A stretch of 24,651 nucleotides of DNA from assembly GCA_028718575.1 (NCBI GenBank), contig JAQULN010000001.1, positions 1 to 24,651 on the forward strand, written 5' to 3'. A model generated the notes under the pieces. That model ran no database searches, was not told the origin of the DNA, and was given only the letters and a program-made list of their open reading frames with translations. This document shows positions 15,501 to 23,119 of the stretch, piece after piece; position 1 is the stretch's first letter, and the number at the start of each line of letters is the position of its first letter. The position numbers were made by a program, and so were the translations under genes. This DNA comes from Candidatus Krumholzibacteriia bacterium. GTDB taxonomy: Bacteria; Krumholzibacteriota; Krumholzibacteriia; LZORAL124-64-63.

Positions 15501-18500
15501 GGCGCCGTCGAGACCCGTCGAGTCGAGCACCGTGACGTAGATGTTCTCGGCGCGCGTGTAGCTCTGCTGGAAGGTCACCCGGCCCTCGTTCAGGCGCTGG
15601 TCGGTCACGCCGACCACGCCCTGGCCGGGGCCACCGGCGGCCGCGTTGATGCCCACGGCGATCCGCCGGTCCTCGCGGATGATGGTCTGGGTGTCGACGT
15701 CGCGCAGGCGCACGGTCACCGGGAACGTGGCCGGCGGGCCCACGCGCAACGTCTGCGAAGCGTCGACCGTCACCACGTACTCGAGCCCGTTCGGCACCAT
15801 GTGAATGGTGGAGCTGTAGCTCTGGCGGCCCGAGACGTCGGTGATGCGCAGGACGATGTCCTCGACCGTGTTGTAGGCCTGGTTCGCGATCGTCACGGTG
15901 CCGGCGGCAAGTTGCGCGGTGGTCACGAGCGGCGTGCTGCTGGCCGGCTCGAGATTGGCCTTCAGAGCGCTGATGGTCACCCAGTTGTTGGCGGCCGGCA
16001 GCGGATCGCCGTTCTCGTCCACGAGGCTGATCGTCATCGCGAAGGTGCTCGGCGGCCCGACGGCCGCCGTGGCCGGTGTCTCGATGCGGTAGGTCGCCCC
16101 CTGTTCGACGGCCAGGATGACCGATTGGCCGGTGATGTCGGTATGATCGAGCGCCGACGCCGTGAGCGTCACGTAACCGGGGTTGATCAAGAACACCGGC
16201 ATGATGATCTCGCCGTCGACCAGCGGCTGATCGTTGTTCAGCGGGTTGGTCGGGCTGAGCGAGCCGTCGTCGCTGGCCAGATGCACGCGTTCGGTCGCGC
16301 TGGTCACGAGGTTCCAGAACTGGTCCGTCCCGCGGATGCGCGCGTCGAATTCGAGGCTGGCGGTCTGCGGCGTCGGCGTGCCGGTCTTGCCATCGGGCTC
16401 GGGACCGCCCGGCTGCGGCGTCTCGCCGGGCAACAGCAGCATCAACCGGACGAACTGGCCGGCGGTCACGCCGACGGTCGAGGTGTCGTTGACGGCGGGC
16501 TGGATCAAGTCGGCGGCGGTCAAGTGATGAGTTGCCGCGGTCTTGAAGTAGAGGTCGAAGAGGCCGGAACCGTCGATGCCCAGCGCCTGGTCGTTGGCCG
16601 AGATCATCTGGAAGAACTGGCTGCTCGCGAAGTGCACCTGCGGGCGCGCCGGCACCTGGTTGTACCACGCGTCGGTCGCGAAAACCTGCGCCTGCACGGG
16701 CTCGCCGGCTTGCACCGGCAGCGGCGTGCCGACCTTGCCGGGCGGGATGCCCGGGGTGCTGGTCTCGCCGGGCAGCAGCAGCAGCAGGTCAGCGTAGTCC
16801 TGCGCGTCGGCGAAGACGTTGAAGGTGTTGCTGCTGTCGGTCAGGGCGTAGGTTTCCTCCCGCACGAAGAGGCGCACGTCCTGGCCGGTGCGGGTGATCT
16901 GGATCGGCCCGCGCCAGGCACCCTGGAAGCTGCCGCTGCCCATGCCCTGGCCGAGGTTAACGCTGGTCGGCGACAAGATGCCGGTGCCATGGCTGACGAA
17001 GAGCGTGACATCGGTGGCGTAGTCGTCGATATGGTTGCCGAAGATGTCGCGGGCGATCACGGTGACGTTGGGCAGCCAGGAGCCGGCGCGGTGATCGGGC
17101 AACGAACTCAGCACGTCGTTCGGCGTCGGATTCGAGCGGTTGTTGATGCCGATATCGAAGTGATCGATCAAGCCGGCCTTGACCGGGATGGTGGTGAACG
17201 CCGAGCGGCCGGTCGCCTGATCGGTCACCACGATCGTCTGCCGGTTGGGGTCGGCCAGCGTCACCAGCGCCACCTGGAAATCGCCGAGGTTGTCGTTGAG
17301 CTGCTGCGGGTTGGCCGGCAACTGGGCCGCCGGGTCGCTACTGGAGAAGTGGATGGTCATCGGCAGCGCGGGCGAGCTGTCGCTGATGGGGTTCCAGTAC
17401 TGATCGGTCGCGTAGACCCGCGTGTTGAACGGCACGCCGGCGTCCTGCGTCGCAGGCTGACCGAGCTTGCCGTCGTCCTCGATCGAGTCGAAGATGCCCG
17501 GCGCCAAGGTCTCGCCGGGAGCCCGCACCACGAGCCGTTGCCAGGCCGCGGGCGACACCCCGACCGGGCTCGAGAGGCTCGCCTCGAGGCCGCTGCTCTG
17601 CGCCCGCAGCACCTGGGCACTGGTGGCGGTGCGGAAGACGACGCGGATTTCCGTCGGGTTGCTGATCTGCACGATGTTGCCCGGGTAGTCGGGCAACTGG
17701 AAATAGCCGGTGGGGCAGCTCAGGGTGACGTTGCGGTTGCCCGGCGCCAGGTTGTTGTAGCGGTCGACCGGCCGCAAGGTGACCGGCGTGATGATCTGAC
17801 CGGCCGTCACCGGATTGGGCGTGCCGAGATTGCCGCTGAAATCGGGGTCGTTCAGACCGTTGACCCAGGTCTCGCCGGGGAACGTCATCAAGATCTTCTC
17901 ACAGGGGCCGTTGGTCACCTGGAACGCCGGCGACGCGCGCACGATGCCGCTGTCGACGATGATGTAGGCTGAGAAGCCGCGTTTGGTGACCTGCACGAGC
18001 GCGTCGAGCTGACCGTTCACGAACGTGCTATTGCTCGTCAGGAGGTAATCGGCGCTCTCGTCGGTGGAGCCGATGCGGGCGCGCAGCGAGACCTGGCCGT
18101 TCAACGGGAAGACGTTGCCGTTGGCGTCGCGGGCGATGATGCGGATGTTGAACGGAATCGTGGTGACCTGCAGATCGGACGGGTTCCAGACGCCGGTGTC
18201 GAACTCGAAGTCCGCCAGGCCCTCGGGGTTGATGACGACGTCGCTGCGGCTCGTCGCGGTGACGGCGCCGCTGGCGGTCGTCGTGACTCGGGTCGTACCG
18301 GCGCGGATCAGGCGCAGGTTGTAGCTGGTCTCCGGGTTACCGCCCATGACGGCGGTCGCCGGCAGGACCACGCCGGGATCGGGGTCGTCGCAGCTCCAGG
18401 CGATGGTCGGGTACGGACCCGCCATCACCGGGTTCCAGTGTTGGTCGATAGCGTAGACGCTCACTCCGTCGAAGGTGGCGCCGGAGGTCTGGCTGTTGGG

Positions 18501-19313
18501 CGTGCCGGATTTGCCGGGGCTGACGCCCGGCGTCAGTTGCTCGCCGGCCAGCAGCAACATGATCGACGCCAGCGGCCCGGGCAAAAGCGGCGCCACGGCC
18601 GCTTGCCCCTGGGCCGGCTGGGTCTGGCCCTGGTAGACGACCGTGCCGTCCACGGTCAGCACGTTCTCGCGCGTGACCGGATCGGTGCCCCAGAACGTGA
18701 CCGACAGGCTGACCACGCCTTCGAAGAACGAGGTGCCGGCCACGGTGATGGTCGGACCGGTGGAGAAATGCCCGACGGCGGCTGACAGCACCACGTTGTC
18801 GCGGAAGTTGAGCACCGTGCCGCCGCCGCTGTCGAGCGCGGTCAACGTCACGGTGATCGGCGTATCGACGTACTTGGTGCCGGAAGGCACGGCGACGGTG
18901 AAGCGGTCCACCGGGTCGTAGCTATCGATCAGGACCTCGGCCGCCGGCACGGAGGGGTCGTCGGCGTCGGCCACGCGCAGGCGCACGGGTCGGCCCGCCG
19001 CCAGGAACCGCAGGCCGTCGAACTGGCGCTCGCCGTTTTGCAGATAGGCGCTCCCGGGCAGATCGGCGGCCACGTCCGGCGACGAGAGAACGGCGTTGAT
19101 GAAGTCGGCAGCGGTGTCGGTGGTGCCGTCGGCGTTGACCGCACGGACATGCACACTGAACGTCAAGCCCCGCGTCACCGCAGGACGGCCCTGCACGATA
19201 TGAGGATTGACGACGGTGATCTCCAGGTGATCAAACGCCGCCGCGACGCCGGCGAGACCGCACAGCAGAGCCCCCACCAGAGCCGACCGCAGAATCCAGG
19301 TGCGTTGCTTCAT
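12546..19313 (-). CDS. Giant secreted Ig-like-repeat surface protein with a C-terminal T9SS-type-A/FlgD-like sorting domain, 2255 aa
   Basis: GAGG RBS, ATG 19313; signal peptide MKQRTWILRSALVGALLCGLAGVAAA|F. Beta-rich T/V/P/G composition and two repeat families. C-terminus ITNRPNPF...ITIYDLYG..V....VWDGRNGKNRLVGNGGYVCRI....RRKIAVVK. No catalytic motif recognised. Confidence 0.88.
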   Translation of the reverse strand: MKQRTWILRSALVGALLCGLAGVAAAFDHLEITVVNPHIVQGRPAVTRGLTFSVHVRAVNADGTTDTAADFINAVLSSPDVAADLPGSAYLQNGERQFDGLRFLAAGRPVRLRVADADDPSVPAAEVLIDSYDPVDRFTVAVPSGTKYVDTPITVTLTALDSGGGTVLNFRDNVVLSAAVGHFSTGPTITVAGTSFFEGVVSLSVTFWGTDPVTRENVLTVDGTVVYQGQTQPAQGQAAVAPLLPGPLASIMLLLAGEQLTPGVSPGKSGTPNSQTSGATFDGVSVYAIDQHWNPVMAGPYPTIAWSCDDPDPGVVLPATAVMGGNPETSYNLRLIRAGTTRVTTTASGAVTATSRSDVVINPEGLADFEFDTGVWNPSDLQVTTIPFNIRIIARDANGNVFPLNGQVSLRARIGSTDESADYLLTSNSTFVNGQLDALVQVTKRGFSAYIIVDSGIVRASPAFQVTNGPCEKILMTFPGETWVNGLNDPDFSGNLGTPNPVTAGQIITPVTLRPVDRYNNLAPGNRNVTLSCPTGYFQLPDYPGNIVQISNPTEIRVVFRTATSAQVLRAQSSGLEASLSSPVGVSPAAWQRLVVRAPGETLAPGIFDSIEDDGKLGQPATQDAGVPFNTRVYATDQYWNPISDSSPALPMTIHFSSSDPAAQLPANPQQLNDNLGDFQVALVTLADPNRQTIVVTDQATGRSAFTTIPVKAGLIDHFDIGINNRSNPTPNDVLSSLPDHRAGSWLPNVTVIARDIFGNHIDDYATDVTLFVSHGTGILSPTSVNLGQGMGSGSFQGAWRGPIQITRTGQDVRLFVREETYALTDSSNTFNVFADAQDYADLLLLLPGETSTPGIPPGKVGTPLPVQAGEPVQAQVFATDAWYNQVPARPQVHFASSQFFQMISANDQALGIDGSGLFDLYFKTAATHHLTAADLIQPAVNDTSTVGVTAGQFVRLMLLLPGETPQPGGPEPDGKTGTPTPQTASLEFDARIRGTDQFWNLVTSATERVHLASDDGSLSPTNPLNNDQPLVDGEIIMPVFLINPGYVTLTASALDHTDITGQSVILAVEQGATYRIETPATAAVGPPSTFAMTISLVDENGDPLPAANNWVTISALKANLEPASSTPLVTTAQLAAGTVTIANQAYNTVEDIVLRITDVSGRQSYSSTIHMVPNGLEYVVTVDASQTLRVGPPATFPVTVRLRDVDTQTIIREDRRIAVGINAAAGGPGQGVVGVTDQRLNEGRVTFQQSYTRAENIYVTVLDSTGLDGASPVFTLAADGYKRLQIVAPGEVVEPGIPAYEATGKSGASLTQRSGEVFPMTARAVDQYWNLADTTSGGNLRLVASDGSFSNPGNPDQNFVPFINGRRTFNGFLTDEGIVGVTIYDEQDLNKPAQTTLIPVDPPYAYQITVPAVASTGPVPGFQITVRLIDPVSGNVVPTASNRFRLTPLLPNQGAANGVLGIAEAQLIGGVCVLNAQSYSTVEDIIIRVDDDYGREAFSTVIVMQSGGLYYAVTLPDTAVVGPPTTFPLTVELIDSNTGLRVTTQDRLFDIQVMSAQTGLPGQGHLEVAQGMLESGYRLINQAYSRAEDIFVQVADDQGIVGVSNTCRLVADGFKRIQIVAPGETPAPGSLSGSGKAGAPLTQQAEVPFTLTVRAVDQFWNLVRTINDGRIQLASDGGQLDLVDADDLDAPFIGGSRDMRIVLGNPGLIGVFATDPDHPTVSSGRVDIPVNEAEYRIILPTPPVVTAGPPATFTLTVRLVNPETGERIQAGGQFEMTALKPDRSAATSVLGITSGTLVAGEAVIGGQYYPASESLVIRVRDSRGRTSYSDVLTVVPEGVRYAVDVPDTAIAGVPFAMRVRRVDIVTGQIVTSDDRSFILTAYSGNAPRPDPALTPAGVLADTVGTTNSGVCEIPFQSYDRAESIYIKVSDATGEQFFSSVIVVRPAPVSICILEAEAVPGQPLLRPLRPGDRIYLRVRASDASGNVVAGTPLSVFLLAGDAGLGSLRAASAELIADVNGQATCDLYVNAHGSQDLLIQAAAGDAMSALLAIELLGPPITTPRFLPEAAPYGDGYYVLPTTAISLVSVVAGPEPVQGVWFDVDITDTPLPGNLYAGSFTLAELGAAYAAPGVHTLRFFAEETGGVREAVKTVVLYTATGLTTDREITNRPNPFRAGSESTVILFQAVSSGPVNITIYDLYGAIVFQDRMQVTGGTTAQYVWDGRNGKNRLVGNGGYVCRIQGSGFDLRRKIAVVK
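13473..16460 (-). repeat. Higher-order protein repeat (A-B-B)x3, about 330 aa period
   Basis: A units start at about 16460, 15476 and 14477. B units (Y.I..P....GPP.TF..TV.L.D...G...G.L......L..G......Q.Y..AE.I.I.V.D..G....S) start at about 16094, 15785, 15101, 14786, 14114 and 13796. A-to-A spacings are 984 and 999 nt. Confidence 0.85.
16460..18581 (-). repeat. Four dispersed type-A protein repeats (L.L..PGE...PG...GK.G.P..Q.AG..F...V.A.D..WN) in the N-terminal half of the giant protein
   Basis: Copies begin at about 18581 (PGPLASIMLLLAGEQLTPG), 17909 (GPCEKILMTFPGET), 17549 (AAWQRLVVRAPGETLAPG) and 16802 (QDYADLLLLLPGETSTPG). Boundaries approximate. Confidence 0.85.
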
Positions 19314-19450
19314 CGCTGTCCTCTGCCTCGTGTCCGTTGCTAATTGCACTGGCGCCCGAGCGGGCTGCTGGCAAGCTGCCCGTCCCGCTGCCGGATTCGT
19401 CTCGATTGGCGGCACTTCGACACGCTGTAGCACGCCACGACCATCGCGGA

Positions 19451-19465
19451 TCAAGAGATATGCCA
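19451..19465 (-). promoter_or_regulatory. Putative sigma54-like promoter upstream of the giant surface-protein gene
   Basis: Minus strand GCG-TGGCATATCTCTTGA: good -24 element and correct spacing, but TTGA instead of TTGC at -12. It shares GCGTGGCAT with the site at 8184-8198. Confidence 0.5.
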
Positions 19466-19607
19466 CGCCTCTGGTCCTTTCGCCGCGCCGCCCGCGCCGA
19501 ATGGACGCCCGGCGCAACGCCGGCCGCGACAGCGGACCCGGCCGCGGCGTCGGCGCCCTGTCCAGCGGAATGCATGCGGGGAATCTCGCGGCCTCTCGCG
19601 CGGCGAC

Positions 19608-20915
19608 TCACGCGGAGACCGGCTCGGCGTCGGAGCTGCGCCGCGAAAGGAGCCGGCGCTGCTGAGCCATCACGTACTGGCGGATCAACTGCGTCCCGTG
19701 GCGGTCGCCCGGCCCTTCGGTCAGGAACTCCAGGCCGAGATCAGTCTGGTAGCGGCCGCGGGGACGTGACGTGACCAGCACGCGGCGCACGGCCCCCGTG
19801 AGTTCCACTGGCTGGGGCAACTCCTCGCCGGACAGCCACATGCGCACCCGGCTGTCTTGGGTCAGCTCCGCCGGGGGCTCGCCGGTCAAGGTCACGGCGA
19901 GACCGGAGAAGCTCAGGTCCACGACTTCGGCATCGACGGTCTGGGCCGGCGCCGTCACGATCGCACAGCTCGGGTCGCGCAGTTGTTCCTCGTCGCTCGC
20001 CGGCGGCGGCAACACCGCGAGCCGCGCCACGATCGGCTTCTCGGGTTGGACGCGGAAATAGCGGCGGCGTTGATCCAGGTGAAAACGCTCCGGCAGATCG
20101 CAGAGCACGCACGGCAGATCGCCCACGCCCTCCAGCGGCAACGCCACTTGCCCGCGGCACCGCGTCCGGAAGCGGAAGACCCGGCCGGCGGCGCCGAACG
20201 ACCCCTCGAGTTCGATCTCGCCGGCGAGCTTGCTGAGCGCCGCCTTGGCGAAATCGACGCTGATCGCCAGCAGCAAGCGGTCGTTCTGCTTGACCTGTTG
20301 CACGATCACGCCGCAGCCGCGCTCGACTTCGTCGTCGCCGACGGGCACGAGCAGTTCGATGTCGTGTTCGAAGCGCGTGAGATAACTGCCGACCCGGTTC
20401 AGCGCGACGGGGCTATCGACGCACTCGAGCCGCGCCAGGTCGCGCGGCAGCAATTGGGCCGCCAGGTCGTCCTCCCAGCCGGACTGGCGTTGCGACTCGT
20501 ATTCCCCGCGCGACGCGACATCGGCCATCAGATAGAGGTTGCCGGCGCGCGTCTGCTGCCGCAGGATGAAGCTGCGCAGGCCTCGCAGCGCCCGCGGGCG
20601 GCCGTCCGGTGGGACGATCTCCCAGGCGCCGATGGGTCGCTTGGCCGGCACCCTGGCGACCAGGGCCTTTTTGAATTCCTCGAGCAGGACCTCGTGCCGG
20701 GCGGGATCACGCAGCGCCTTGGCCAGCGGCTGCGAGATGCCGACGTAGATCTGGTGGATGGGGCTGTTGGCCACGGTGACGCGCGCGAGGTAGGGCATCG
20801 CGAACGACCACTCCCGCACCTGGCTGACTTGGGTGCGGACCTCGAGCCCGGAGCCGAAGGTCTCTAATGCGTGGCGGCCGGCTTGACCGATGGCGGTCAG
20901 AGTCTCGCGAATCAT
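19608..20915 (-). CDS. PilZ-domain (c-di-GMP receptor) protein, YcgR-like, with an additional N-terminal domain, 435 aa
   Basis: QRRRYFRV (RxxxR) and DLSFSG (D/NxSxxG) motifs, followed by a PilZ-type barrel (...GAVRRV.....LGLEF.......LIRQYVMAQQR). The preceding FGAAGRVFRFRT..LPERF segment resembles the YcgR N-terminal barrel. Confidence 0.87.
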   Translation of the reverse strand: MIRETLTAIGQAGRHALETFGSGLEVRTQVSQVREWSFAMPYLARVTVANSPIHQIYVGISQPLAKALRDPARHEVLLEEFKKALVARVPAKRPIGAWEIVPPDGRPRALRGLRSFILRQQTRAGNLYLMADVASRGEYESQRQSGWEDDLAAQLLPRDLARLECVDSPVALNRVGSYLTRFEHDIELLVPVGDDEVERGCGVIVQQVKQNDRLLLAISVDFAKAALSKLAGEIELEGSFGAAGRVFRFRTRCRGQVALPLEGVGDLPCVLCDLPERFHLDQRRRYFRVQPEKPIVARLAVLPPPASDEEQLRDPSCAIVTAPAQTVDAEVVDLSFSGLAVTLTGEPPAELTQDSRVRMWLSGEELPQPVELTGAVRRVLVTSRPRGRYQTDLGLEFLTEGPGDRHGTQLIRQYVMAQQRRLLSRRSSDAEPVSA

Positions 20916-21043
20916 CCCATCCCTTCCCGGTGGACTTCGACGGATTTCGTATCGGCCGCAACGTCCAGGGCTTGACCCGGATTATTCCCGCAGGGCCGGC
21001 TGCGCATGGACCGATGCATACACCGAGGCGAGGTTGATTCGAC

Positions 21044-23119
21044 ATGGCGGCACGTTCTCGTTCCCGCAGCGATCTGCACGCCGGCGACCCTGCGCCGCTC
21101 GGCGCCACGCCGAACCCCGGCGGCGTGAATTTCTCGCTTTACGCCCCCCACGCGGAATCGGTCGAGCTGCTATTGTTTGACGACGTCGCGGCCGACACGC
21201 CGGCGCGCACCCTCCAACTCGACAAAACGGACCATCGGACGGCTGGCTACTGGCACGCGTTGGTGCCCGATGTCGGCCCGGGCCAGGTGTACGCCTACCG
21301 CGCCGGCGGCTCTCGGCAAGCAGCGGCCGGTCATCGCTTCGATCCGGCGAAGGTCCTGCTCGACCCCTACGCGCGCGCCGTCGCGCGCTACGACCGGTAT
21401 CGCCGGCTGGATGCCGCCGCCGCTGGCGACAACGTCCGCGCGAGTCTGCGATCGGTGGTCGTCGATCCCGGCGACTATGATTGGGAGGGCGACCGGCCTC
21501 TCGGCCCCGCGACCGAACGCGGCTTGATCTATGAGCTGCACGTGGCCGGGTTCACGCGAGATCCCGCCTCGGGTCTGGCCCCTGCAGACCGCGGCACCTA
21601 CGCCGGCCTGGTCCAGAAGATCCCTTACCTGGTCGACCTCGGCGTGACCACGGTCGAGCTGCTGCCGGTTCATGCCTTCGATCCGCAGGATGCGCCGCCG
21701 GGGCGCACCAACTACTGGGGCTACAGCCCGCTTGCCTTCTTCGCGCCCCATCCTTTGTACAGCCGCCGCGACGACCCGCTGGCCGTGCTGGGCGAATTCC
21801 GCGACATGGTCAAGGCCCTGCACAGCGCTGGCATCCGCGTCGTGTTGGACGTGGTCTACAACCACACCGCCGAGGGCGCCTCCGACGGCCCGATCCTTTG
21901 CTACAAGGGTCTGGCCAACAGCGCCTATTACGTCCTCGAGCGGGACCGCAACCGATACGCGAACTATTCCGGCTGCGGCAACACGTTCAATGCGAATCAT
22001 CCGGTCGCGGCGAGGTTGATCCTCGACTCGCTGCGGTACTGGGTCGAGCACATGCATGTCGACGGATTCCGCTTCGATCTCGCGAGCAGCCTGACCCGCG
22101 ACCGCAACGGCGAGCCCCTGCTGCGCCCGCCGTTGCCGCTTGCGATCCAGACCGAACCGGCGCTGGCGGGCTGCGATCTGATCGCCGAGCCCTGGGACGC
22201 CGCCGGTCTGTTCCAGGTGGGCTCGTTTCCGGCGCGGCGGTTCGGCCAGTGGAACGGACCGTTCCGCGACGACGTGCGCCGCTTCCTGCGCGGCGACGAC
22301 GCGACGATCGAGCCGCTCATGGCTCGGATCGTCGGCAGCCCGGACCTGTTCAACCATCCGCAACACCGGCCGTCGCACAGCATCAACTTCGTGACCTGCC
22401 ACGACGGCTTCACGCTGGCCGACCTCGTCGCCTACAACCGCAAGCACAACGAAGACAACGGCGAGGACAACCGGGACGGCAATCCCCACAACCTGTCCTG
22501 GAACAGCGGATTGGAGGGGCCGACGCCCGCTCCCGCGGTGCGCGAGGTGCGGCGGCGGCAGGTGAAGAACTTCTTGACGCTGCTTCTGCTCAGCCACGGA
22601 CGGCCGCTGCTCTGGATGGGCGACGAAGTGCAACGCACTCAGCGAGGAAACAACAACGCCTACTGCCAGGACAATCCCCTGGGTTGGTTCCAATGGGACA
22701 AGGTCGAGCAGCACGGCGACCTGCTGCGTTTCCTGCGCGGATTACTGCGCCTGGCCGCGGACATTCCCCAGTTACAGCAGGACCGTTTCTGGCATGCGAC
22801 GAGCGCGAACGAACAGGGCGACATCACCTGGCACGGCGTCGCGATCGGCGCACCGGACTGGCGCCCTCAATCGCACAGCCTGGCCTGGACGCTCGAGGGC
22901 GAGCGGCCCCAGCAGCGGGTGCACATCATGGCCAACGCGTGGTGGCGCGAGCTGACGTTCGCGCTACCAGAACTGCCGGACGGTTTGCACTGGCATCGCG
23001 TCGTCGACACCGCGCGAGCGGCGCCCGCTGACCTCGCCTTATCGGAGGAAGCGGCACGCCTGGATGAAACGACGGTACCGGTCTCCTGGCACAGTATCGT
23101 CGTGGCGCGGGCTCGTTGA
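21044..23119 (+). CDS. glgX: Glycogen debranching enzyme (isoamylase-type GH13), 691 aa
   Basis: PLGAT...GVNFSL, IYELHVAGFT, NYWGY, LDVVYNHT, DGFRFDLA (nucleophile), AEPWD (acid/base), INFVTCHDGFTLADL, GNNNAYCQDN. Confidence 0.97.
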   Translation: MAARSRSRSDLHAGDPAPLGATPNPGGVNFSLYAPHAESVELLLFDDVAADTPARTLQLDKTDHRTAGYWHALVPDVGPGQVYAYRAGGSRQAAAGHRFDPAKVLLDPYARAVARYDRYRRLDAAAAGDNVRASLRSVVVDPGDYDWEGDRPLGPATERGLIYELHVAGFTRDPASGLAPADRGTYAGLVQKIPYLVDLGVTTVELLPVHAFDPQDAPPGRTNYWGYSPLAFFAPHPLYSRRDDPLAVLGEFRDMVKALHSAGIRVVLDVVYNHTAEGASDGPILCYKGLANSAYYVLERDRNRYANYSGCGNTFNANHPVAARLILDSLRYWVEHMHVDGFRFDLASSLTRDRNGEPLLRPPLPLAIQTEPALAGCDLIAEPWDAAGLFQVGSFPARRFGQWNGPFRDDVRRFLRGDDATIEPLMARIVGSPDLFNHPQHRPSHSINFVTCHDGFTLADLVAYNRKHNEDNGEDNRDGNPHNLSWNSGLEGPTPAPAVREVRRRQVKNFLTLLLLSHGRPLLWMGDEVQRTQRGNNNAYCQDNPLGWFQWDKVEQHGDLLRFLRGLLRLAADIPQLQQDRFWHATSANEQGDITWHGVAIGAPDWRPQSHSLAWTLEGERPQQRVHIMANAWWRELTFALPELPDGLHWHRVVDTARAAPADLALSEEAARLDETTVPVSWHSIVVARAR

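Noticed and set aside
12534-17972. 1812-aa plus-strand ORF antisense to the giant gene
   Set aside because: Shadow ORF. It is the codon-aligned antisense frame of a high-GC gene, with an R/G/V/D/H-rich translation, no motifs and no RBS. Stop-free antisense frames are expected with this codon bias.
19245-19313. Lipoprotein signal in the giant protein (ALLCG), and similarly LAALCAG in the 4143-5102 gene
   Set aside because: Neither fits L-[A/S]-[G/A]-C well, and both are followed by clear AxA signal peptidase I sites.
19314-19450. Possible c-di-GMP-I riboswitch in the giant-gene leader (GCGGGACGGGCAGC loosely resembles GGGACGCAAAGC)
   Set aside because: No GNRA tetraloop/receptor pair and no GGCAAA element; the similarity is at chance level for GC-rich DNA.
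19314-19517. Longer N-terminus for the giant protein given by the ORF track (start 19517); similar upstream extensions for the TPR, barrel, TrmB, kinase and hypothetical genes
   Set aside because: The downstream ATGs have SD sequences or -10 boxes and give clean signal peptides or domain starts. The extensions overlap promoters or neighbouring genes.
4143-20915. Locus as a recently inserted genomic island or prophage
   Set aside because: No integrase, transposase, tRNA, flanking direct repeats or obvious compositional shift was seen by eye.
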